Shown here piece by piece: positions 28,301-43,300 of a stretch of 64,000 nt of DNA. Position numbers and translations under genes: made by a program. Under the pieces are notes generated by a model, which did not search any database, was not told where the DNA came from, and worked only from the letters and a program-made list of their open reading frames with translations. Source of the DNA: Eledone cirrhosa (lineage: Eukaryota); NCBI GenBank assembly GCA_964016885.1, contig OZ024757.1, forward strand, positions 13,206,001 through 13,270,000, read 5' to 3'. Positions within the stretch are counted from its first letter, which is position 1. Each line of letters starts with the position of its first letter.

Positions 28301-31300
28301 GACATAAACCCCAACCACAAGTATTAGATTTAGACGTAAACCCTAACCCCAAGCCTTAGACTTAGACTTACCCCAACCATAAGCTTTAGACTTAGACTTA
28401 AATCTCAAGCCATAGACATAGATTTAAACCTAGACCCCAACCCCAAGCCTTAGACTTAGATTTAAACCTCAACCCCAGGCTTAAGACTTAGACTTAAATC
28501 ACAACCCAAAGCCTTAGACATAGATTTAATCCCCAACCCCAAGCCTTAGACATAGACTTAAACCCCAACCTCAAGCCTTAGACATAGATTAAACGCCAAG
28601 CCCAAGCCTTAGACTTAACTTAAAACCCAACCACTAGTATTAGACTTAGATATAAACCCCAACACCAAGTCTTAGACTTAAACCCCCAAGCCTTAGACTT
28701 GAACCCCAACCCCAATCCTTACAATTAGGCTTAAACACAAACACCCAAACCTTACATTCAGATTTAAACTCAAAACCAAAGCCTTGGACATAGACTTAAT
28801 TCCCAACCCCAACACTTAGACTTAAAATCCAACCCCAAGCTTTAGACGTAGACTTAAACCTCTACCCAAAGCCTTAGAATTAGACTTAAGCCCCAAACAG
28901 AAGCTTTAGACTTAAACTTAAGCCTTAACCCGAAGCCTTAGACTTAAACTTAAATCCCAACCCCAAGCCTTTGACATAGACTTAAACTTCAACCCAAAGC
29001 CTTAGAGTTAGACTTAAACCCCAACCCCAAGCCTTAAACTTAGACTTGAACCTCAACCCCAAGCCTTAGACTTAGAGTTAAAACCCAAACACTAGCATTA
29101 GACTTAGATTTAAACTCCAAACCATAGACATAGATTTAAACGCCAACCTCAAGACTTAGACTTAGACTTAAACCCCAACCCCAAGACTTAGACTTAGACT
29201 TAAACCCCAACCCCAAGCCTTAGATTTAGAATTAAACTCCAACCCCAAGCCTTAGACATAGACTTAAATCCCAAACCCAAGCTTTAGACATCGAAATAAA
29301 CCCCAACCACAAGACTTAGACATAGACACTAATCCCAAACCAAAGCCTTAGACATAGAATTAAACCCCAACCCCAAGTCTTATGCATAGACTTAAACAAC
29401 AAAACCAAGCCTTAGAATTAAAGCCTAACAACAAGACTTAATCTTAAAACCGAACCCCAACACCAAGCCTTAGCCCAAACTTAAACCCCAACCACAAGCA
29501 TTAGACTTAGACTTAAACCACAACCCCAAGCCTTAGATTTAGAATTAAACTCCAACCCCAAGCCTTAGACATAGACTTAAACCCCAAACCCAAGCTTTAG
29601 ACATCGACATAAACCCCAACCACAAATATTAGACTTAGACTTAAACCCCAAGCCATAGACATAGATTTAAACCCCAACCTCGAGCCTTAGACGTAGACTT
29701 AAACCCCAACACAAAGCCTTAGACTTACACTTGAATACCAACCCCAAGCCTTAGACTTACTTAAACCCAAACCACAAGCATTAGACTTACACTTAAACCC
29801 CAACTCCAAAGCTCAGAATTAAACCATAGCCACAAGCCTTCGACATAAACCCCAACCCCAAGTGTTAGACTTAACTTAAACACAAACCCCAAGCCTTAGA
29901 CTTAGACGTAAACCTCGACACCCAAGCCTTAGACTTAGACTTAAACCCCAACCCCAAGCCTTAGACTTAGTCTTAAAGCACAACTCCAGGCCTTAGACTT
30001 AAACCCTAACCACAACCCTTAAACTTAGACTTAAACCCCAACAACAAGGCTTAGATTTACACTTAAACCCCAACCCCAAGCCTTTGACTTAGACTTACAC
30101 CCCAACGCCTAGCCTTAGACGTAAACTTAAACCCCAACTCCAAGTCTTAGACATAGACATTAACCCCAAACCAAAGCCTTAGACTTAGAATTAAACCCCA
30201 ACACCAAGCCTTATGCATAGACTTAAGCCACAAGCGCCAAGTCTTAGAATTAAACCCTAACCCCAACCCCAAGCCTTAGACATAGACTTAAAGCCCAACT
30301 CCAGGCCTTAGACTTAAACCCTAACTCCAACCCTTAAACTTAGACTTAAATACCAACTGCTAGCCTTAGACTTAAACTTAAACCCCAACCCCTAGCTTTT
30401 GACTTAAACCCAAGCCTTAGACTTAGACATAAACCCTAACCCCAAGCCTTAGACTTAAACCCCAACCCCAAGCTTTAGACTTAGACTTAATCCCAAACCC
30501 AAAGCCTTAGACTTAGACATTAATCCCAAGTCATAGACATATATTTTAACCCCAAACTCAAGCCTTAGACTTAGACTTAAACCCCAAACCGAAACTTTAG
30601 ACTTAAACTTAAACCCTAACCCGAAGCCTTAGACTTAGACTTAAAGCCCAACTCCAGGCCTTAGACTTAAACCCCAACCACAAGCCTTAGACTTACACCC
30701 CAAACCCTAGCCTTAGACGTAAAGTTAAACCCCAACTCCAAGACTTAGAGCATAAACACTAACCCCAAAACAAAGCCTTAGACTTAGAATTAAACCCCAA
30801 ACCCATGCCTTATACATACACATAAACATTCAACCCAAAGCCTTACACTTAGATTTAAACCCCAACCCCAAGCCTTAGACTTAGAATTAAAGCCCAACTC
30901 CAGGACTTAGACTTAAAAACTAACCCCAACCCTTAAACTTAGTCTTTAACCCCAACCAAAAGGTTTAGACTTAGACTTAAACCCCAACCCCTAGCCTTAG
31001 ACGTAAACTTAAACCCCAACTCCAAGAATTAGATTTAGACTTAAACACCAACCCCAAGTTTAGACTTCGACATAAAAGCCAACCTTAAGCCTTAGACTTA
31101 GATTTAAATCCCAAGCCATAGACATAGATTTAAACCGCAACTTCAAGCCTTAGACGTAGACTTAAACCCGAACTCCAAGCCTCAGAATTAAACCATAACC
31201 ACAAGCCTTCGACATAAACCCCATACCCAAGCCTTAGACTTTGACTTAAATACCAACTCCTAGCCTTAGACTTAAAATTAAACCCCAACCCCAAGCCTTA

Positions 31301-34300
31301 GACTTAGACTTACAGCTCGACTCCAGATCCTTAGACTTAGATTTAAATTACAACCCCAGGCTTTAGACTTAGTCTTAAACCACAACCCAAAGCCTTATCA
31401 TAGATATAATCCCCAACATTAAGCTTTAGACATAGACTTAAACCCCAAGCCTTAGACATAGATTTAAACCCCAACCACAAGCCTTAGAATTAGACTTACA
31501 CCCCAACCCCAACCTTTAGAGTTAGACTTGAAGATCAAGCGCAAGCTTTAGACTTAGATTTGAACACTAACCACAAGCTTAAAACTTAGACTTAAACCCC
31601 AACCCCAAGCCTTAGTCGTAGACTGAAGCCTCTACCCAAAGCCTTAGAATTAGACTAAAACCCCAAACCGAAGCTTTAGACTTAAATTTAAACGCTAACC
31701 CCAAGCATTAGACTTAAACTTAAATCCCAACCCCAAGCCTTAGACTTAGACTTAAAGCACAACCACTAAAACTCCAAGCCATAGACATAGATTTAAACCC
31801 CAACTTCAAGACTTAGACTTAGACTTAATCTCCAGCTTCAAGCCTTAGACTTAGACTTACTCCCAAACTCCAAGCCTTAGACGTAAACTTAAACCCCAAC
31901 TCCAAGACTTAGACTTAGACTTAAACCCCAACCTCAAGCCTTAGACTTAGACATAAAGCCCCAAACCAGAGTTTTAGACTTACAATTAAACCCCAACCAC
32001 AAGGGTTATACATAGACTTAAACCACAACCACAAGCCTTAGAATTAAACCCTAACAACAAGCCTTAGACTTAAAACCTAACCCCAAGCCTTAGCCCAACC
32101 CTTAAACTTAAACACCCACGCAAAGCCTTAGATTTAGACTTAAACCCCAACCCCAAGCCTGAGACATAGACTTAAACCTCAACCCTAAGCTTTAGACTTC
32201 GACATAAACCCCAATCTTTAGACATAGATTTAAACCGCAACCACAAGCCTTAGACTTAAACTTCCACACTAACCCAAAGCCTTAGACTTACACTTAAACC
32301 CCAACCCCAAGCCTTACACATAGACTTAAACTTCAACCCAAAGCCTTAGAGTTAGACTTAAACCCCAACCCGAGCCTTAGACTTAGACTTAAAGCCCAAA
32401 TCCAGGCCTTAGACTTAAACTCCAACCCCAAGCCTTAGACTTAGACTTACCCCCCCAACTCCTAGCTTTATACGTAAAGTTAAACCCCAACTCCAAGATT
32501 AAGAATTAAACCCTAACAACAAGACATAGTCTTAAAACCGAACCCCAACACCAAGCCTTAGCCCAAACCGTAAACTTAAACCCCAACCACAAGCATTAGA
32601 CTTAGACTTAAACCACAACCCCAAGTCTTAGACATAGACTTAAACCCAAACCCCAAGCTTTAGAAATCGACATAAACGCCAACCACAAATATTAGACTTA
32701 GACTTAAACCTCAACCCCAAGCCTTAGACTTAGACTTGAACCCCAACCACAAGTCTTAGACTTAGACTTAAACCCCAACCACTAGCCATAGACATAAACT
32801 TAAACCACAACCCCAAGCTTTTGACTTAGACTTAAACCCAAGTCTTAGACTTAGACTTAAACCCCAACAACAAGAATTAGACATAAACCCTAACCTCAAG
32901 CCTTAGATTTGAACCCCAACCCCAAGCTTTAGACTTAGGCTTAAACGGCAACTCCAAGACTAAGAATTAAACGATAACCACAGGGCTTAGACATAAATCC
33001 CAACCCCAAGCCTTAGATTTAGACTTAAACACCAACTCCTAGCCTTAGACTTAGACTTAAAGCTCGACCCCCAATCCTTAGACTTAGATTTAAATACCAA
33101 CACCAGGCCTTAGACTTAGACTTAAACCACAAACCAAAGCCTTAGTCATAGACATAATCTCCAACACCAAGCCTTAGACTTAGACTTAAACCCAACATTA
33201 AACTTTAGACTTAGACTTAAACCCCAAGCCTTAGACATAGATTTAAACCGCAACCACAAGCATTAGACTTAGACTTCTGCCCTAAACCGAAGCCGTAGAC
33301 TTACACTTAAAGCCCAACTCCAGGCCTTAGACCTAAACCCTAAACCCAAGGCTTAGGCTTAGACTTAAACACCAACCCCAAGCCTTAGACTTAGACTTAC
33401 ACCCCAACTGCAAGACTTAGATTAAGACTTAAACCCCAACCTCAAGCCTTAGACATAGACACTAACCCCAAAACAAAGCCTTAGACTTAGAATTAAACTC
33501 CAACCCCAAGCCTTATGCATAGACTTAAACTTAAACCCTAAACCGAAGCCTTAGACTTAGAATTAATGCCCAACTCCAGGCCTTAGACTTAAACCCCAAC
33601 CCCAAGCCTTAGACTTAGACTTAAACCCCAAACCCTAGACTTAGACGTAAAGTTAAACCCCAACTACAAGACTTAGAGCATAAACACTAACCCCAAAACA
33701 AAGTCTTAGACTTAGATTTAAACCCCAACCCAAGCCTTAGACTTAGACTTAAAGCCCAACTCCAGGACTTAGACTTAAACCCTAACCCCAACCCTTAAAC
33801 TTAGTATTTAACCCCAACCAAAAGGCTTAGATTTAGACTTACACCCCAACCCCTAACCTTAGACGTAAACTTAAACCCCAACTCCAAGAATTAGACTTAG
33901 ATTTAAACACCAACCCCAAATTGAGACGTCGACATAAAACCCAACCACAAGACTTAGACTTAGACTTAAGCCCCAACCTTAAGCCTTAGACTTAGATTTA
34001 AACCCCAAGCCAAAGACATAGATTTAAACCGCAAGCTCAAGCCTTAGACGTAGATTTAAACCCAAACTCCAAGCTTCAGAATTAAACCATAACCACAAGC
34101 CTTCGACATAAACCCGATACCCAAGCCTTAGACTTTGACTTAAATACCAACTCCTAGCCTTATACTTAAAATTAAACCACAACCCCAAGCGTTAGACTTA
34201 GACTTAAAGCTCGACTCCTAATCCTTAGACTTAAATTTAAATTCCAACCCCAGGCTTTAGACTTAGTCTTAAACCACAACCCAAAGCCTTAGTCATAGAC

Positions 34301-37300
34301 ATAATCCCCAACACCAAGCCTTAGACTTAGACTTAAACCCCAACACCAAGCCTTAGTCTTAGACTTAATCCCCAACATTAAGCTTTAGACTTAGACTTAA
34401 ACCCCAAGCCTTAGACATAGATTTAAACCCCAACCACAAGCCTTAGACTTAGACTTACACCCCAACCCCAACCCTTAGAGTTAGACTTGAAGATCAAGCG
34501 CAAGCTTTAGACTTAGAGTTGAACCCTAACAACAAGCTTAAAACTCAGACTTGAACCCCAACCCCAAGCCGTAGAATTAAAGACCAACCCCAAGCCTTAG
34601 TCGTAGACTTAAACCTCTACCTAAAGCTTTAGAATTAGACTTAAACCCCAAACCGAAGCTTTAGACTTAAATTTAAACGCTAACCCCAAGCATTAGACTT
34701 AAACTTAAATCCCAACCCCAAGCATTAGACTTAGACTTAAAGCACAGCCACTTAAACTCCAAGCCATAGACATAGATTTAAACCCCAACTTCTAGACTTA
34801 GACTTAAACTCCAGCTTCAAGCCTTAGTCTTAGACTTACTCCCAAACCTCAAGCCTTAGACGTAAACTTAAACCCCAACTCCAAGACTTAGACTTAGACT
34901 TAGACTTAAACCCCAACCTCAAGCCTTAGACTTAGACATAAAGCCCCAAACCAGAGTATTAGACTTACAATTAAACCCCAACCACAAGCATTATACATAG
35001 ACTTAAACTTCAACCCAAAGCCTTAGAGTTAGACTTAAACCCCAACCCCGAGCCTTAGACTTAGACTTAAAGCCCAACTCAAGGCCTTTGACTTAAACCC
35101 TAACCCCAAGGCTTAGACTTAGACTTAAACCCCAAACCCAAGCCTTAGACTTATACTTACCCCCAACCCCTAGCTTTATACGTAAACTTAAACCCCAACT
35201 ACAAGATTAAACCCTAACAAAAAGATATAGTCTTAAAACCGAAGCCCAACCCCAAGCCTTAGCCCAAACCGTAAACTTAAACCCCAACCACAAGCATTAG
35301 ACTTAGACTTAAACCACAACCCCAAGCCAAAGATTTAGACTTAAACTCCAACCACAAGCCTTAGACATAGACTTAAACCCAAACCCAGGCTTTAGACATC
35401 GACATAAACGCCAACCACAAATATTAGACTTAGACTTAAACCTCAACCCCAAGCCTTAGACTTAGACTTGAACCCCAACCACAAGTCTTAGACTTAGACT
35501 TAAACCCCAACCACTAGCCATAGACATCAACTTAAACCCCAACCCCAAGCTTTTGACTTAGACTTAAACCCAAGCCTTAGACTTAGACTTAAACCCCAAC
35601 AACAAGAATTAGACATAAACCCTAACCTCAAGCCTTAGACTTAAATCCCAACCCCAAGCTTTAGACTTAGGCTTAAACCCCAACTCCAAGACTAAGAATT
35701 AAACGATAACCACAAGGCTTAGACATAAAGCCCAACCCCAAGCCTTAGATTTAGACTTAAACACCAACTCGTAGCCTTAGACTTAAACTTAAACCCCAAC
35801 CCCAATCCTTAGACTCATATTTAAATACCAACCCCAGGCCTTAGTCATAGACATAATCCCCAACACCAAGCCTTAGACTTAGACTTAAACCCAACATTAA
35901 GCTTTAGACTTAGACTTAAACCCCAAGCCTTAGACATAGATTTAAACCGCAACCACAAGCCTTAGACTTAGACTTCTACCCTAAACCGAAGCCTTAGACC
36001 TACACATAAACCCCAACCCCAAGACTTAGACTTAGACTTAAAGCCCAACACCAGGCCTTAGAATTAAACCCTAAACCCAAGCCTTAGACTTAGACTTACA
36101 CCCCAACCCCTATCCCTAAACCTAAAGTTAAACCCCAACTCCAAGACTTAGATTTATACTTAAACCCCCAACCTCAAGCCTTAGACATAGACACTAACCC
36201 CAAAACAAAACCTTAGACTTAGAATTAAACTCTAAACCCAAGCCTTATGCATAGACTTAATTCATAACACCAAGCCTTAGAAATAAACCCTAACGACAAG
36301 ACTTAGTCTTAAAACCGAACCCCAACCCCAAGCCTTAGGTCAACCCGCAAACTTAAACCCCAACCCCAAGCCTTAGATTTAGACTTAAACTCCAACCCCA
36401 AGCCTTAGACATAGTCTTAAACCCCAACCCCAAGCTTTAAACATCGACATAAACCCCAACACCAAGCCTTAGAATTAAACCCTAACAACAAGACTTAGTC
36501 TTAAAACCGAACCTCAACCACAAGCCTTAGCTCAAACCGTAAACTTAAACCCCAACCACAAGTCTTGGACGTAAAATTAAACCCCAACTCCAAGCCTTAG
36601 ACTTAAACCCCAATCCAAATCTTAGACTTAGACTTAAACCCCAACCCCAAGTCTTAGATTTAGACTTAAACCCCAACCCCAAGTCTTAGATTTAGACTTA
36701 AACCCAGCCACAAGCCTTAGAAATAGACTTAAACCTCAAACCAAAGCCTTAGACTTAGACTTAAAACCCAACCCCAAGACTTAGACTTAGACTTAAAGCT
36801 CAACTCAGGACTTAGTCTTAAACCCTAACCCCAACCTTTAAACTTAGACATAAACCCAACTCCAAGACTTAGACTAAGACTTAAACCCCAACCTCAAGCC
36901 TTAGACGTAGACACTAACCCCAAACCAAAGCCTTAGACTTAGAATTAAACCCCAACCCAAAGCCTTATACATAGACTTAAACCACAACAGCAAGACTTAC
37001 AATTAAACCTAACAACAAGTGTTAGTCGTAAAACCTAACCCCAACCCCAAGCCTTATACATAGACTTAAACCACAGCAGCAAGCCTTACAATTAAACCCT
37101 AACAACAAGTCTTAGTCGTAAAACCTAACCCAAGCCTTAGCCCAACCCGTAAACTTAAAGCCCAACCCCGAGCCTTAGATTTAGACTTAAACTCCAATCC
37201 CAAGCCTTAGACATAGACTTAAACCCCAGACTCAAGCCTTAGAGTTGGACTTAAACCACAAACAAAGCCTTAGGCTTAGACTTAAACCCCATCACCAAGC

Positions 37301-40300
37301 CTTAGATTTAGATATGAACCTCAACTCCTAGACTTAGTTTTAAAGTTAAACCCCAACACCAAGCCTTAGTCTTAGATTTAATCTCAGCCCCAAGCCTTAG
37401 ACTTACACTTAAACCCCAACCCCAAGCCTTAGACTTAGACTTAAAGCCCAATTCCAGGCCTTAGATTTAAACCCTAAACCCAAGGCTTAGACTTAGACTT
37501 AAACCCCAACCCCAAGCCTTAGACTTAGACTTACACCCCAACCCCTAGCCTTAGACGTAAACTTAAACCCCAACTACAAGACTTAGATTTAGATTTAAAC
37601 CCCAACCCCAAGCCTTAGATTTAGGCTTAAACGCCAACCCCAAGCCTTAGAAAGACTTAAACACCAACCACAAGCATTAGACTTAGACTTAAACCCCAAC
37701 ACCATTCCTTAGGCTTAGACTTAAACTCCAGCACCAAGCCTTAGACATAGACTTAAACCCCAACCTCAAGCTTTAGACACCGACATAAACCCCAACACCA
37801 AGCCTTAGAATTAAACCCTAACAACAAGACTCAGTCTTAAAACCGAACCCCAAACCCAAGCCTTAGCCAAAACCGTAAACTTAAACCCCAAACTCAAGCC
37901 TTAGACGTAGACATAAACCCCAAGCCATAGACATATATTTAAACCCCAACCACAAGACTTAGACTTAGACTTAAACCCAACCACAAGCCTTAGACATAGA
38001 CACTAACACCAAACCAAAACCTTAGACTTAGAATTAAATCCCAACACAAAGCCTTATACATAGACTTAAACCACAACAGCAAGCCTTACAATTAAAACCT
38101 AACAACAAGTCTTAGTCGTAAAACCTAACCCCAACCCCAAGCCTTATACATAGACTTAAACCACAGCAGCAAGCCTTACAATTAAACCCTAACAACAAGT
38201 CTTAGTCGTAAAATCTAACCCCAACCCCAAGCCTTAGCCCAACCCGTAAACTTAAAGCCCAACCCCGAGCCTTAGATTTAGACTTAAACTCCAATCCCAA
38301 GTTTAGACATCGACATAAACCCAAACCCCAAGCCTTAGACTTAAACTTAAACCCCAACACCAAGCCTTAGACATAAACCCTAACCCCAAGCATTAGACTT
38401 AAATCCTAACCCAAAGTCTTAGACTTAGACTTAACCCCAAACCCAAAGCCTTAGACTTAGACATAAACTCTAAGCCTTAGACATAGATCTAAACCCCAAC
38501 CTCAAGACTTAGACTTAGACTTAAACCCCAACCCCAAACTTTAGACTTAGGAGTAATCCCCAACTACAAGACTTAGGATTAAACCATAACCACCAGCCTT
38601 AAACTTAAACCAAAACGCCAAGCCTTAGAGTTGGACTTAAACCACAAACAAAGCCTTAGGCTTAGACTTAAACCCCAACCCCAAGCCTTAGATCTAGATA
38701 TGAACCCCAACTCCTAGACTTAGATTTAAAGTTAAACCCCAACACCAAGCCTTAGTCTTAGATTTAATCTCAGCCCCAAGCCTTAGACTTACACTTAAAC
38801 CCCAACCCCAAGCCTTAGACTTAGACTTAAATCCAATTCCAGGTCTTAGATTTAAACCCCAACCCAAGTCTTAGACTGAGACTTAAACCCAACCACAAGC
38901 CTTAGACATAGACTTAAACCTCAACCCAAAGCCTTAGACTTAGACTTAAAACCCAACCCCAAGACTTAGACTTAGACTTAGACTTAAAGCCCAACTCCAG
39001 GACTTAGTCTTAAACCCTAACCCCAACCTTTAAACTTAGACTTAAACCCAACTCCAAGACTTAGACTAAGACTTAAACCCCAACCTCAAGCATTAGACGT
39101 AGACACTAACCCCAAACCAAAGCCTTAGACTTAGAATTAAACCCCAACCCCACGCCTTATACATAGACTAAAACCACAGCAGCAAGCCTTACAGCTAAAC
39201 CCTAAAAACAAGTCTTAGTCTTAAAACCTAACCCTAACTCCAAGCCTTAGCCCAACCCGTAAACTTAAATCCCAGCCCCGAGCCTTAGATTTAGACTTAA
39301 ACTCCAAGCCCAAGCCTTATACATAGACTTAAACCCCAACCCCAAATTTAGACATCGACATAAACCCCAACCCCAAGCCTTAAACTTAGACTTAAACACC
39401 AACTCCTAGCCTTAGACTTAAACTTAAACCCCAACACCAAGCCTTAGACATAAACCCTAACCCCAAGCATTAGACTTAAACCCTAACCCAAAGTCTTAGA
39501 CTTAGACTTAACCCCAAACCCAAAGCCTTAGACTTAGACATAAACCCTAAGCCTTAGACATAGATCTAAACACCAACCTCAAGACTTAGACTTAGACTTA
39601 AACCCCAACCCCAAACTTTAGACTTCGGATTAAACCATAAACACCAGCCTTAAACTTAAACCAAAACGCCAAGCCTTAGAGTTGGACTTAAACCACAAAC
39701 AAAGCCTTAGGCTTAGACTTAAACCCCAACCCCAAGCCTTAGATTTGGATATGAACCCCAACTCCTAGACTAAGATTTAAAGTTAAACCCCAACACCAAG
39801 CCTTAGTCTTAGACATAAACCCTAAGCCTTAGACATAGATTTAAACCCCAACCTCAAGACTTAGACTTGGACTTAAGCCCCAACCCAAAGTCTTAGACTT
39901 AAACTTAACCCCAAACCCAAAGCCTAAATCTTAAACCACAAACCCAAGTCTTAGACTTAGACTTAAACCCAAACCCCTACTCTTAGACGTAAAATTAAAC
40001 GCCAACTCCAAGACTTAGACTTAAACCCCAACCTCAAGACTTAGACTTAGACTTAAACCCCAGCTCCAAGCCTTAGACTGCGATTTAAACCCCAACCCCA
40101 AGACTTAGACTTAGACTTAAAACCCAAACCCAAGTCTTAGAATTAGACTTAAACCCAACCACAAGCCTTAGACATAGACTTAAACCTCAACCCAAAGTCT
40201 TAGACTTAGACTTAACCCCAATCCCAAAGCCTTAGACTTAGACATAAACCCCAAGCCATAGACATATATTTAAACCCCATCCTCAAGACTTAGACTTAGA

Positions 40301-43300
40301 CTTAAACCCCAACCCCAAGTCTTAGACTTAGACTTAAACCCAACCACAAGCCTTAGACATAGACTTAAACCTCAACCCAAAGCCTTAGACTTAGACTTAA
40401 AACCCAACTCCAAGACTTAGACTTAGACTTAAACCCCAACCTCAAGCCTTAGATGTAGACACTAACCCCAAACCAAAGCCTTAGACTTAGAATTAAACCC
40501 CAACCCAAAGCCTTATACATAGACTTAAACCACAACAGCAAGCCTTACAATTAAAACCTAACAACAAGTCTTAGTCGTAAAACCTAACCCCAACCCCAAG
40601 CCTTATACATAGACTTAAACCACAGCAGCAAGCCTTACAATTAAACCCTAACAACAAGTCTTAGTCGTAAAACCTAACCCCAACCCCAAGCCTTAGCCCA
40701 ACCCGTAAACTTAAAGCCCAACCCCGAGCCTTAGATTTAGACTTAAACTCCAATCCCAAGCCTTAGACATAGACTTAAACCACAACCCCAAGTTTAGACA
40801 TCGACATAAACCCCGACCCCAAGCCTTAGACTTAGACTTAAACACCAACTCCTAGCCTTAGATTTAAACTTAAACCCCAACACCAAGCCTTAGATTTAGA
40901 TTTAACCCCAAACCCAAAGCCTTAGACTTAGACATAAACCCTAAGCCTTAGACATAGATCTAAACCCCAACCTCAAGACTTAGACTTAGACTTAAACCCC
41001 AACCCCAAACTTTAGACTTAGGCGTAATCCCCAACTACAAGACTTAGGATTAAACCATAACCACCAGCCTCAAACTTAAACCAAAACGCCAAGCCTTAGA
41101 GTTGGACTTGAACCACAAACAAAGCCTTAGGCTTAGATTTAAACCCAGACACAATGCCTTAGACTTAAATCCCAACCCCAAGCGTTAGATTTAGATATGA
41201 ACCCCAACTCCTAGACTTAGATTTAAAGTTAAACCCCAACACCAAGCCTTAGTCTTAGATTTAATCTCAGCCCCAAGCCTTAGTCGTAGACTTAAACCTG
41301 TACGCAAAGCCTTAGAATTAGACTTAAACCCCAAACCGAAGCTTTAGACTTAAACTTAAACCCTAACCCCTAGCCTTAGACTTAGACTTAAACCCCAACC
41401 CCCAGCCTTAGACTTAGACTTAAACCCCAAATCCAAGCCTTAGACTTACACTTACACCCTAACCCCAAGCTTTCGATTTAGACTTGAACCCTACCCCAAG
41501 CCTTAGACTTAGACATAAACCCCAAACTTAAGCCTTAGACATAGACTTAATCCCCAACATTAAGCTTTAGACTTAGACTTAAACCACAAGCCTTAGACAT
41601 AGATTAAACCCCAACCACAAGCCTTAGGCTTAGACTTAAACCCCAAGCCCAACCTTAGAGTTAGACTTGAAGCCTAAGCGCAAGCGTTAGACTTAGACTT
41701 GAACCCCAACCACAAGCATAATACTTAGACTTAAACCCCAACCACAAGACTTAGACTTAGACTTAAACCCCAACCCCAAGCCTTAGACTTAGACTTAAAG
41801 CCCAACCTAAAGCCTTAGACTTAGACTTAAACCCCAACCCCAAGCCTTAGATATATACTTGAAGCCCAACCCCAAGCGTTAGACTTAGATTTAAACCCCA
41901 ACTCCAAGCCTTAGAATTAAACCCTTACCCCAAGCCTTCTACTTAAATCCGAAACCAACCCTTAGACATAGACGTAAACCACAAACCCAAGCCTTAGACT
42001 TAGACTAAACCCCAACCACAAGACTTAGACTTAGATTTTAAACCGAACCACAAGCCTTAGACTTAGACTTAAACCCGAACCCAAGCCTTAGACTTAGACT
42101 TAAACCCCAACCCCAATTCTTAGTCTTAGAATTAAACTCCACCCACTAGCATTAGACTTAGACATAAACCCCAACTCCAAGCCTTAGAATTAAACCATAA
42201 CCACAAGCCGTAGACTTAAACCCAACAGCCAGCCTTAGAGTTAGACTTAAACCACTAGCATTAGATTTAGACTTAAAGCCAACACCAAGCCTTAGACTTA
42301 AACCGTAATCCCAAGCCTTAGACTTGAACCCAAACACCAAGCCTTAAAATAAAACCCTAACACGAACCCTTAGACTTAGACTTAAACCACAAACTCAAGC
42401 CTTAGACTTAGACTTAAACCCCAACCACAAGACTTAGACTTAGATTTAAACCCGATCCACAAGCCTTAGACTTAAACCCCAATCCCCAGCCTTAGACTTA
42501 GACTTAAACCCCAACCCCAAGCCTCAGACTTAGACTTAAACCCCAACCCTTAGACTTAGACTTAAACCCCCCAACCTCAAGCCTAAGACGTAGACTTAAA
42601 CCCCAACCTAAAGCTTACACTTAAACCCCAACCCCAAGCCTTAGACTTGAACCCGAACTGCAAGCTTTAGACTTAGACTTAAACCCCAAACCCAAAGTTT
42701 AGACTTAGATTTGAACCCCAACTCCTAGCCTTAGACTTAGACTTAAACTGCAACCCCAAGCCTCAGACTTAGACTTAAACCCCAACTCTTAGACTTAGAT
42801 ATAAACTTACAGTTAGATTTAGACTTAAACCCCAACCCCAAACTTTAGACTTAGACGTAAAACCCAACTCCAAGCCTTAGATTTAAACCCAAACACAAGC
42901 CTTAGACTTAAACCCCAAACACAAGACTTAGACTTAGACTTAAACCACAACCCCAAGCCTTAAACTTAGACTTAAACCCCAACCCCAATTCTTAGTCTTA
43001 GACTTAAACCCCACCCACTAGCATTAGACTTAGACATAAACCCCAACTCCAAGCCTTAGAATTAAACCATAACCCCAAGCCGTAGACTTAAACCCAACAC
43101 CAAGCCTTAGAGTTAGATTTAAACCCCAACCTTAACCTTTAGGCATAGATTTAAACCCCAACCCTAAGCCTTAGATTTAGACTTAAACCCCAACCCCTAG
43201 CCTTAGACATAGACTTAAACCCCAACCCCAAATCATAGACTTAGATTTAAACCTCAACGACTAGCATTAGACTTAGACTTAAAGCCAACACCAAGCCTTA

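Noticed and set aside
2608-42340. Short minus-strand ORFs in the satellite (2608-2835, 15829-16056, 22431-22616, 42158-42340)
   Set aside because: They are translations of the satellite monomer, useful only as markers of the 13221-bp duplication.
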